From contig OZ286469.1 of assembly GCA_965644265.1 (NCBI GenBank), positions 39,866,001 to 39,930,000 of the forward strand: a stretch of 64,000 bases of DNA. Direction: 5' to 3'. The translations under genes and the position numbers were made by a program. Within the stretch, counting starts at the first letter, position 1; each line of letters begins with the position of its first letter. The DNA comes from Glycera tridactyla (lineage: Eukaryota). This document shows, piece after piece, positions 1 through 12,600 of the stretch. A model generated the notes under the pieces. The model was not told the origin of the DNA. It worked only from the letters and a program-made list of their open reading frames with translations, and searched no databases.

Positions 1-1743
1 TGGATGGGTTCGGCCAACTGTGGTGGAGCCTTCAATCTCGTCCAGTGCTCGCTCTCGACCATCACTGCTGGTGCACTCGATGTCACTGAATCCTTCTTTG
101 CCATGGCTATCACTCCTGATGAATGCGATGATGAAATATTCGAAGCTGATCTCAACTTTGCTCCTGTAAGTATCGAAAAGTAATATTTATGTATTGTGTA
201 TGATTGACAGTCTGTATCCATAATTTACAATGTACACTGACGGAGCTAAATAAAGAAAGATAGATACATACAAGTTTCAACCAGTGGGTTGATCAATTCT
301 ATCATTAGGGTATTGAAGTTTACAAGAATTTATTCACATAGCAGCTGAATAGGAATAATTCATAGTGCTGCGTGACTTCAAGAATATTTTGTTTCAGTTG
401 TATCATGTTTGTCTGCTTCATCCAGGATGGTGAAATCAATGGTGTCGTGACAGAGGTAGAGGCTGTGGAAGCATGTACGACCATGATCCAGGCATCAGCA
501 ACAGTTACAGCTTGCTCTGCAACAATCACACTAGACATTGAGGCTCAAATCTCAAGCTGTGCTATTGACTACCAGGTAAGATATATGGATTGATCATCAT
601 TGCCATTATCACACCCATAATCCTGTTCATGACATCATTCTCTATTTTACTTGAGAGAATGAACAGTGATGAAAAATTGCAGATTATTTTTAATAGTTCC
701 ATCTTGTGTGAGGGTGGTCTGGAGCCAAGAGCCTGTCGTGATCACATGTTTTTGTATAGATATATGTGCATTTCAACTAATCTGGGGCAAGATTTTGGCC
801 TTGCTTCTCTTTCACAAGCCAATCATATCCTGCTCATTCCCACAGAAAATTGTTCTTAGCCTTTTTCTGGCCCAACGCCTGACTATCCTATCAGGACGAT
901 CCTATATGTCCAGTGACATGTCTATGTCTCGTGAAGGATCTATTCAGTCTTCTCAGCCAAATTCTCCGTTGTTTTTCAAATTGATAGTATCGCTGATGTG
1001 GAGACAGATTTTCTAAGAGAAATGATATGTGGTGAATTGAAATACTATGTGGCTGAATTCGATTAAGACCAGGAGGAGTACCTTACAACAATCATATGAC
1101 TAATTGTATTGTATTGCTGTGTTTCTGACAGGCTTCTGGCATACTGGACTGGGCTGAGGCTGCTATCAATGCTCTAACTCGACAATGTCTGCGATCACTG
1201 GCGACAGACACCAATCATTGGGTGGCAGATGATGATGGAAATGTGGGGCCGCCGAATGACATCACAGAACAACTATGTGACAATGACTGCAGTGGGCATG
1301 GTACATGCACAGGTAAGTCTCACTAATTTACATCATCCAATTGCTGCACTTCATAATAACATAACCCTCACGTTTTGTATGATTATGATTGCTGTTGATG
1401 GCACATACTTCTTGCTATCTATTATCATGTTAATGATGAGTGATTTATTGATTGATTGATTGACCAATTGTTTGTTTGATTGATTGAATGATTGATGATA
1501 GTGGTGGCTGTGATGGATCTGCAGTTAGTGGTGGTTGTGATACTTCTTGCTATCTGTTATGATGTTAATGATGATTGATTGATTGATCGACTGATAGATT
1601 GATTGATTGATTGATTGATCAATTGATTGGTGATAGTGGTAGCCATGGTGGACCGGCATTTACTGGTGAATGTGAGGCCAGTTGCAATGGGAGTGACATT
1701 AGAGGTGGTGTTGATGCTGGTGTTGCTGGTGATGCTGGTGATG

Positions 1744-1814
<71 letters not shown>

Positions 1815-3685
1815 CACTGATAATTTTTGCAGGTGGTACATGCATCTGTGATGATGGTTGGATGCTGGGAGACTGTAGTCAAGAAACAAGTACTCCTCCA
1901 ACCATCCCTGCTACTCCTCAGCACGTCACATGTGATGAATCATGTGACTCAGTTGTAATCAATGGCAATAACTTCGCTAACCTGGCCACTCTCACCTGTC
2001 AGTTCACTACCATCACGGTATGTATCAATAGAGTTCAAACTGATTTCACTCTGGTTGCGCACATGCTTCAGAGTGATCCCACGTCCATCCTTAGCATCGG
2101 GAAGCTCACTTAATCACTATAGATCCAAGTGATCTTGGTTTCATGGGAGTTGTATCCAAGATTCGATTTGATTTGAAAATTTCACTGACTCAGGGGAAGT
2201 CCAAGGACCATGTTCTCTCCATTGTGGGCACAAAAATACATATGCAAATTTGCATCCATACACAATAATATAAAGAATGTTCTTTGGGTCATGGGAGTTC
2301 CATGTACCAGGGCGATGTCCAGCAGTACTTTAATGAGTTGGTTCTAAATAGCAGATGTCCTTGTGACTTCATGAAAGTTGAAATGATATCTATGGCTGCC
2401 ATTTTATTTCAATCAGATAGCTTGCCGTTCAATTATTTACTGCCTTTGTCTCATATTGAATTGCACACAGAATTCGCCCTCCCAGCAATCATCATCATGG
2501 GGATCTGAGTGTTTACATTGTTATTTTGTAGGTCACCACAACATCGTGGGTGGTCACAGCTGATGTTGTGACATCAACAGCAACATACCTCAGTGTTAGC
2601 CAGGTGATTTGCACGTTACCTGATCCTACACACAGCTATGAGGTCAAGATTGCGAATGATGGTGTGACTTTCACCGGTACTCCAATCCGAGTCTTCGTCA
2701 TCGATACTGACTGCTACATGTGTAATTTTGACGATGGAACATGCATGCCTGCAGTAAGTATCATTCTTTTGTGGAGATCCCTGCTGTGTTAGTATGCAAT
2801 TTCAAGTTGGGAAGGCCTCTATGACTGCGTGATTGAGATCCATTTGTCATCAAGTACTTACTAATGATAATCTATGATTGGGACTCTTGCTAATTTGACA
2901 AAATACATCTTGTGTTATTGCTTTACATCTCATCCTGCTGAGTTATAACATTACTTCAACTTTGACTACTGAACATTGAGTCCACTTCCAGATATAGCGG
3001 TATCCCATTGCGGTTTAATGGATCAAGGACAAACAGATTTTTGTCCAGTCCGTAATTACAGTTGTCATCTATTCTCATTGTGAACTTGTTTTCTGAATCA
3101 TCATCTTGAAAGACGAATCTGTAAGATAGCGCATATCACTGCAACAAAATGTTTGTTAGCATTCCAAACTGAAATCAAATCTAAACTCCCATCTTGATAC
3201 GAAATGATCTGATCACACGATCCATTCAAAATCATTAGATGTGTAAAAACCATGAGATGTTCATCATATAGAGTTTCCTCAATATGGTATATTCTACCCT
3301 CTGTTGAAATGGAAATATCTGATTTCTCCTATAGAAATAGCTTGATTATGCATGTTTTGAAAGCTCTAGTTACGTGGGATGAAGTACTGATGGCATCTGT
3401 TATCCTGTGATGTGATATATACACCAAACCCCATTGTGCCATGTCAAAACCAGGGTGTCCATGCTTTCCTCAAATTTTCGACATGACATTCTGGTAATGT
3501 CGATATAAGCGGCATGAGAGCTGTGGTCGAACTCGATTGAGCTAACTTTTATCTCCACAACATTCTTTTGAAGGTTGGTGCATGTCTGATTGATGGAGTG
3601 TGTTATAAGGATGGGGACAAGAATCCAGAAAATGAGGCAGAAATCTGCAGTTATGATGATAATCCTGTCGCATGGACTTTTGATG
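1..3685 (+). CDS. Module 0 (C-terminal part only): Cys-rich linker, helical region, EGF, IPT/TIG-like domain, CxIDGxCY exon
   Basis: Exons 1-165, 426-575, 1132-1312, 1833-2017, 2532-2753, 3574-3685. The first five are close paralogues of module 1 exons at 10192-13329; the last is a divergent counterpart of 14017-14128. Confidence 0.88.
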
Positions 3686-6600
3686 GTGAGTTGGCATGAG
3701 TTGAAAGAAGATCAAAGCTTCCTGTTCATTCTTCCATCTATATACCTACCTGCCTTCTTTCCATTCATCAGTTCATGTGTCTTCATGCCACTCTCCTCAC
3801 GTCTCCCTTCTTCTAGGTGGCATTGAAGCGGACTCTTCGGGCATCAACCTCATTTCTCAATTTTCCATCCCTCTACCAGACTCATTCTTTCCTCATACTT
3901 TCTGCCTTCTTCCCCCCCCCCCCGTTATTCCTATCACACTCTCTAAGCTCCTCATATTCATTTTATGGCTGCGATCTTGATGATATAATGTAGCTTCTGT
4001 CTTCAAAGATTTCCTGGCTTCAATATGAGCTCTATCAACCTCCTGAAATTGAGCTATTCTAGAGGACTGTTTGATAGGTGTAAAAGATACCGTGACATAT
4101 TATTTTGATGCAGTGCTCCATGTAGGTTTGAAAGACCGATCATTTCCATGTATGATTTTCTCCTTGCAGACGAGCCCGTGTTGTATCTGCCACTCACCTC
4201 CTGTGCAGCTGACATCGACTTCTCTATTTTCGAACAAGTGACCTCTTCAGATGAACTCACTTACATGGATGCACCAAATGGCATGATGGGTGGTGCTGCA
4301 GTGTTCACTGCTTCAGAGATGACGTCTCTTACCGTCACCAGTTCTGCCACCCTGGATACTTCCACTTCAATCACTATTCTTGCCCATATTTATGTTGAGG
4401 GTAATGGAACTATCCTCAACTTTGGAACGGATGCGGGTGTGGGCTTGGCAGTGAGGAACAATGATGATGGCACTGTGGTGCTTCAGTTCAACACCATCCA
4501 TGTGGCAGATGACTTTTTCCAAGCGACAGTGGAGTACAGCAACTTGCCGCTTCAACAGTGGCTGTATGTTGCAGCAGTCTATGACTACAACACTGGTACC
4601 ATGAGTGTGTCAGTAGATGGAATGGCAGGCGGAAGTCATACCTATAATCCAATCATACCGCTACGCACACAGTATGATCTCTATCTAGGTGGCATTGAAG
4701 CAGACTGGTTCTCAGGATCTCTGTCATGTGTCAGGATATACAACCGACCACTATCAACTGCAGAGATCAGTGATTGGGCCATCTGCCCTCTTGGTAAGCA
4801 TTATGATTCTTTCATTGTATCGTTCACTGGATGAGTTCACTGGATGAGTATTTGAACGTTCAAGTTGTTTGCATAATGTTGATTCTTATTTGGGTGACCC
4901 CATTCTTCATTGGAAACCCACTGACAGCTCGACTGGCTGTCCATTGTGATTGACAGAGAAAACGTTCGCTACATTCCCTACCAAACTTGAGTGCTTTACC
5001 AATTCTGTGGGACCCCCTCTGGTCGTCTTTGATCATAGAAATATTTCCTCCATCGGAATTAGTATTTGTAATCTTTTGGCGGATGCTCGAGCCTCTCATC
5101 TGATATGTTCTCTTGCTTGCAGGTCTGCCAGATAGTCCAGGACGTGATAGAGGTGAGTTGACAATGAGTTATGGGTGATTACAATATGTTCGATAGTTAG
5201 ATGGATTAGCATCAGTTGTGGGTATACTGCTGAGGCTATTTCTTTTCATGTATTTATCTACATATCCATCCCCATACCCATCGATTTATCCATTCATCCA
5301 TCCATTCATTCATCTCCCTCTATCCGGGATATCTGACAGCTTCTTTCCCTGTGCTGAATCTTTGGTCAGTTTTGGTTCAATGTCACATCAGATTAGAAGT
5401 TTTATATTCTGACGATCATGCAATCAGAGCCCATGCCATGCCCATCGTATGTAGGTGCACAAACAACCATGCAACCATTCCCTACCTTATATTTTGTACA
5501 TATTTCCGAATGGTGATACTCCTTCCCAGTCTTTCTCTTTGAAGAATGCGGTACACAAAATAGGAGCTGTTTTTCCAACCATGATGTCCATTCCAATAAT
5601 AGAACATTTCGAAAATCTTCATATCCCAACCTGGCGAAATGTTCAGCGTCATGCTGATTTCATCTCATGGCAACTGAATATATCACTCACTGGTATTGGT
5701 TCCCAATATACCATAATCTCTTCCATTTGTGTGCTGGACAGGTGAGACTTACAATTTCTGATTGGGTACATACATTAAGAATATTTGTGATGTATCCTCC
5801 CAAACAATGCTTTCAGTGTACCCGATGATGGATGCAATTCCCATGGTAACGCTGGAGATAATGGAGATTGAGAACTCTACAGAGAAATCATGGCAGTTGA
5901 GATGTGACAGTCCAACTGTGGACGATGGCATGATCATGTACGAAGCCACCTGGTATGTGGCAGGATATGCGTATGCAGAGTCCTTCTCTTATAATGGAAC
6001 CGAAGTGGCTCAAGTGACCAGCTACCTCACCCCAGAAATGCTGGATATGAACAACATTACCTATATCCCTGAGGTAAGCTCTCAGCCTTTATTGGCTCAT
6101 AGTTACACCCAGTTACTAAATTTCAAATGCAGACTCATGGCTTTTGAGAATACCTGTCTAATGTTTGTATTGGAGCAAATTCAGTGAATCTCCATGAGTC
6201 ACTGCCAATGTAGAGAGATACAGGAGCGATATGAGGTCATCAGCAGGCTGTTCACTTTGGAAATGCTCGCCAAAACCTCTACCAAGTATCGTTCATCTCA
6301 AGTGAAACAGAAAAATATCTTGTCTCAAAATGTAACATAACGTTAGTGACCGTTAGCTCAACTGAACAGCCTTCAGGCTTCAGTCAGTCTAAAGGGTTTC
6401 ACTGCAAATTCAACTAGTGGAGGAGTGACCACCGTTGCAGAACCGCAATTTTGAAATTGTTTGAAGTATTTAATCAGATTTGTGTGAATCATTCCATAGA
6501 GAAAATAGGAGTTATCTTTGTGCTACTCATTCAGCTGATAAAGGGCTTGGAATAAAAAGCAATCAGTTAACCATGACTACCGCCTTTAATTGTAGATCGT

Positions 6601-9600
6601 GTGTGAGGTGAGCACATGTTATGCTGATGACTGTGCTGTTATGTGCCCTCTGCAAAGTGAGCCATACATACCCTCTGCCCAGGTGAGTAACAACAATTGC
6701 CATACCATTCAAGAGTCAATTATATTTCTCTTTGTTGGTCACAATCATAATATCGACGATATCCAGTGTAGCTTGTGTCTCTATCACGAGATATATAAAC
6801 TAGTCGTTTGAGTACTACACGTGACATGCGGCCAAGATAGTTGTCTCTACACCTCAAAAGCTTTTCACAGATTTTATTGTATGAATATTCCATCATATGA
6901 GTGCTGGACCTAAATTTTGTATGACAAACTAATTCCACGGTGAGTGAGAGCACCTATCTAGAACGTGTTACAGAATGATAAAATACAAGCAAATAAAATA
7001 TGAAAAAGTCTAGATAGGGTCGGGATGGTGAGGGTTAGATGAAATTGATTATATTGTTTGCTCTACAAAGTGTACATTCACACCTGTACATTATTTGCTC
7101 CATCAGGTGACGACAGTTGGTCCACTGACAACGACTGAAGGTGGGGAGCCCGCCTACGTGGAAATACATACTTCTCTATCACCAGAGTTCTTCTGTATGA
7201 ACAGAACCTTGGAGGATGACCGCAGTGTCTGTGAGATTTCCGTCTGGACCTACATTGGAATCACTGATGACGAGCTCAAGTGTTATGACACCGGTATCTC
7301 AGTATCACAGGCGGTAATTGGTTGGGTTGCTGACTACCCGCAGGATGTCCGAGAGGATTGTGGTATCCGTATTACCATCACCAACTGGATGGAGACACTC
7401 CGCATCCCTATCTATGCCATGATTGATGGAGTTGTGGATGGCACACAGACACGTACTACACATGTCCATCACCAAGTGGAATATACCAACACCCACGTCT
7501 TTGATATGGAACTCGCTAGCATTGATGTAAGAATCATTGTGGACTTTTGTAGCAATTTCAGTATAGGAACACAGACTCATTTCTCTTAAAAAAAAACATA
7601 AAAAGGAGGGGATTGTGGCTTCAACTGTGGCTCAATATCATGAATGCATGGATGAGAAGAAACTTCCTTTCATTTGGTACATCTGCCATGAAAGCTAACA
7701 AAATGCTTGGTAGACTATGCCATAATCAGCTGAATATTTGGTTGTTCACAGGCCATCTTGTTTCAAGTTATCACTTCATGTACCACAGAGTTTGTGGAAC
7801 ATTTACACATGGATTGATTCTATAGAACTTGATCATATACCTGCCCCATACCTGTTGATTAACAACCAAGACCTACTGAAAACATAATGATGATAATGTA
7901 AAAGGTAGTCTAGGGGGTAGACTTTGGGTGATCTTGGAATAAGGTAGAAGTAGGTATGGTGATCAATTTTGTATTCTATACATTGCAGTGATGACTAGAT
8001 TCGCTCTATATTGCTTCTCACTTGTCTTTCAGGTGAACATTGTTGATGTGAACAATGATGTGGAGTGCCATGCCACAGGAGACCCTCACTACATCACTTA
8101 TGATAAGTAGTAAGTATGTGAATATGAGTTGCTTATATAACGCTCCCATTGTGTTTGTGCATGGTCTACTAAGGTATGAGATTTGCATTGAATATATGTG
8201 ATGTGGTTGGCCCTTAGGATAGTCAGTTAAGGCTTGTTTCACTTTGGTAATCAGAAATTAATTGTCCACATGCAGCATGTATTATGCCCTTCGAGGTTCA
8301 ATGCTCTTCTGTTTGAAATGAATGAAACATTCAAAACATGGTCGTTCGATGGGCAGGGGAGAGATGGGCTGATTGGATACGTCAGAAAAATTGAATTGGT
8401 TTCCAGATCGAGTTATGATGATATACATGATACCTTTGGATAATATACACATGATTGTCGGGGGCAGAAGATATGATGAAGAAATATTGGTTTTCAGCTA
8501 AAGAGAGCTTGATTTTCTCATCCTCCCGAGTAACACACTCGAAGCACATAATCAGCAGGTTTGATACAATGTACTGCTTTCTTCCTCTTTTAGTGAGTTT
8601 GACAACTACTTCGAAGGAGAGTTCATACTCTACAGGCACACATCATTGCCATATGAGGTATGTTTCAGGAGAAATCTTTTGCTTTGATTAATCTGATCCT
8701 ACCGATATCGCTATCAACAGATAACCATTACCATGATAGGAAATGCATCATCATCACGATGGTACCACTTAAGTCAATATCAAATCATTTGAATTGTCCC
8801 AAATCTTGATTTTTTTCACATGAATGTTCGAAGACCAGAAGTTGAACATTCTACCCCCACCAGTCGAAACCCCCAGAAGTCAAGAGAAGTATTCATAAAA
8901 TCAAGTATCCATATACCACTTATGTATATTTATTGCAATGTTGATTGAAATGCCTATCACTGTCCGTATCCATATCTATGCTTTGTATTTCAGGCACGCA
9001 CATTCCTACGGAAGTGTTATAATACTGTGGCCTGTACTTGTGCAGTAGCTGCTCGCTCTGGAGATGATGTCATTCTCTTTGATTCCTGCAACAATGGCGG
9101 CACCATTGCTGTCAAGGTGTATGCACATGGCGACCTCACTGCTGGAACACAGCTCCTACAATATAACGGTGGATCCAAGTATCAGGTGAGCTTTCTATAT
9201 TGAGAACCATCTAAAGAGAATGCATTCTTGTGAATTACGTTTGCATATCGCCAAAATAAGCAAAATTGCCTCTCGAAGATGAAGGTGAATATAGGCCAAA
9301 AATCACGAGCTACCATCTATCAATGGATGCGATTTGTTGCCATCAGAATTATGATTATGATTTCGATTATGATGATGACATCGATGAGATCGATAATCAC
9401 AGAGAGAGTTGTAACAGTAAATCATTATTCTCTTCACCATCATTTTTATATCACTATCATTATCATGATTGATATTATCATGACCATTTTTTTCATTATC
9501 TTTATTTTGTGACGATCAATATGTTTCATTACTCTTATTATTCCTGCAGTCATCTAATCACTTTTCACATACCCCAGCTCACTATGACCATTTCTTAATT

Positions 9601-12600
9601 CGCGTTTATCACCTTATCAGGTTGTCTACCCATCTGGTGGAATATTGACCGTAGAGTGGGGCTTTGATATCTACATGAACGTCTACTTCCAACCATCAGC
9701 AATGGACTATGGCAATACCGAGGGCCTGTGTGGTACCTATGATGGAGTAGCTGAGAATGAGTATACTGCCAGTGATGGCATCATTGACCCAACGACTGAT
9801 CGTCATCCAGATACCTTCATCCTCAGCTGGAGGTAGGTGTTAAACTATGAGCATTTGACTACATTCAGGTGGAGTGGTGTGAGGGGATGCGACACAGGAA
9901 CAGATATTGCCGATATTTCCTCTGTGCATTGTTGCCATATTTACAAAGTTCTGGGGTGGTATATGCGATGAAGATGATTGTTGCAGAAGTTGGTTGATTT
10001 GGTATCATTACACTCCCACCATATTATGGTGCATGGGCATATAGTGTTTACCCTATCCATGTGTGGGTGTGTGTTTGAGTGTGCATGTGTTCGTTTGTCC
10101 ATCTGTATGTAATGGGAATTTTCGTATCCAGCCTAAAATTTTTCTAGATTACCGGGAAATAATATTATGGTGACGATGTTCTATGTTATAGAGTGGAGGA
10201 TCCTGATGAGTCCATTTATAATGGTTACTGTGGTGATGGAGCTGGTACTATGACTTTTGGCGAGGAGTACTGTGACTGCCAGGGGCTGGGCTCAGCAAAC
10301 TGTGGTGGAGCCTTCAATCTCGTCCAGTGCTCACTCTCAACCATCACTGCTGGTGCAGTTGATGTCACTGAATCCTTCTTTGCCATGGCTACTGCTCCTG
10401 ATGAATGTGATGATGAGATATTCGAAGCTGATCTCAACTTTGCTCCTGTAAGTATCAAAGAATAAAGTCAATTGGTAATCTCGATGTCTGATTGCTTGAT
10501 CTATTGATGTTCAATCTATGATCAGAATGGGATTTCCCAAGCTGATTCCAATCTATGTCATGAAGTGATACCATGAATGACCACTCCAAGCATATAGTTT
10601 CATGATTGCATGAGGTTATCAATACAGGGTGGGTTCAGAGGAAAAGATTTGACTTCCAATAGGATTACTTTTTGTCAAGTGTATTTTATTTCCAACAATG
10701 TCATTTGGCATGCATGAGTGACCTGCCAGTTGTTTTACTCAACTATGATACTGACCACGCAAACCGATAAGATAGATAGAATAGGGTTGGTTTCAGTTCG
10801 ATATTAATGGCTTTGGATAGATGCATATGCCCTTGGTCACTAATCCTTAATAGATAGGCTCATTGATGTCATTTCCTTAATCTGAACAGTCAATCAATCT
10901 TGATTTTCATTTTGATTGCATGGCTTTAAAAATATTCTGGCCTAGTTGTATGATGTTTGTCTGCTTTTTGCAGAATGGTGAAATCGATGGTGTTGTGACA
11001 GAGGAAGATGCTGTGGAAGCATGTTCGACCATGATCCAGGCATCAGCAACAGTAACAGCCTGCTCAGCAACCATCACACTAGACATTGAAGCTCAGATCT
11101 CAAGCTGTGCTATTGACTACCAGGTAAGATCTATAGTCGCTGTCAATATTGCACCCATATTAGTACTTTGACGCTATTCTCGGTTGTACTTGAAAGAGTG
11201 GACATTGGTGACAATTGTCTTTTATGATTCAGATCTTGTGCAACGACGATCCATAGCCATAAGATTTTCATCATCTCGATATTTTTCCAAATATATGCTA
11301 CATTTCATTTATCACGGAGAATTATTGTGGCCTTGATTCCCTGGTGTGAACAAAATATTTTCTACTGATGTACATATATATAAAAAAAGCTTCTCACGAG
11401 CTTTTTTGGCCTAATGCCTGATAACCCTATCACAACAATCCTGTATCCGGGATGACATCTCTATTTCTTATGAATCATCTATTTATTCTTCTCATCTTAG
11501 TTCATATCGTTGATGATACTGCAGATGGGAAGGCTTGTTTAGCCTTGAAAAAAAAAGCAGCAGCCAGTACCAAGCCTCACTATAATGGTGAAGTAGATGT
11601 CCTTGCGGACATGTGATCTCACACTGGAAGACACACATAGGCTGTCCAGTTGCAGCCAAAATTTGCTAACGTTTTGTACCGGAGACGGTGATCCAATCCT
11701 CATTCTGACACACTCATGTTAGAGAATATTTTTAGCAAACGTTCCCTCTGTTAGCCAAACTGAACAGCCTGCAGGTAGTGGTTCCATGGCTGCATTCCAC
11801 TGACATGAGAAACGGTACCTTTCATCTTTCGCATGACTTATCAGCGATAAAAGTGATTGCATTTTGCTGTATTTTCTGACAGGCCTCTGGCATACTTGAC
11901 TGGGCTGAGGCTTCTATCAATGCCCTAACCCGGCAGTGCTTGCGATCACTGGCTACAGACACCAATCACTGGGTGACAAATGATGATGGAAATGTGGGGC
12001 CGCCAAATGACATCACAGAACAACTTTGTGACAATGACTGCAGTGGGCATGGTACATGCACAGGTAAGACCAGTGTCACTATATTGTTATTGATGGTGTT
12101 GCTGCTGATGTCGCTGCNNNNNNNNNNNNNNNNNNNNNNNNNNNNNNNNNNNNNNNNNNNNNNNNNNNNNNNNNNNNNNNNNNNNNNNNNNNNNNNNNNN
12201 NNNNNNNNNNNNNNNNNNNNNNNNNNNNNNNNNNNNNNNNNNNNNNNNNNNNNNNNATGATGATCGTGCTGACGATAATGATGATATTGATCACTGTGAT
12301 AATTTTTGCAGGTGGTACATGCATCTGTGATGGTGGCTGGATGCTGGGAGACTGTAGCCAAGAAACAAGTACTCCTCCAACCATCCCTGCTACTCCTCAG
12401 CACGTCACCTGTGATGAATCATGTGACTCAGTTGTAATCAATGGCAATAACTTCGCTAACCTGGCCACTCTCACTTGTCAGTTCACTACCATCACGGTAA
12501 GTGGCATTAGTAGAGGGATGGTGTCAGTCATGTCCCATCTACAACACAAACTAACGATGTTTTTGGAAGCTGCATGCTCAGGATCAATTCAAGAATCTTC

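Noticed and set aside
1611-1851. Poly-Asp, poly-Met and poly-Ile ORFs
   Set aside because: They are translations of the intronic (GAT)23 microsatellite. The poly-Asp frame ends in TGA and is out of frame with the next exon.
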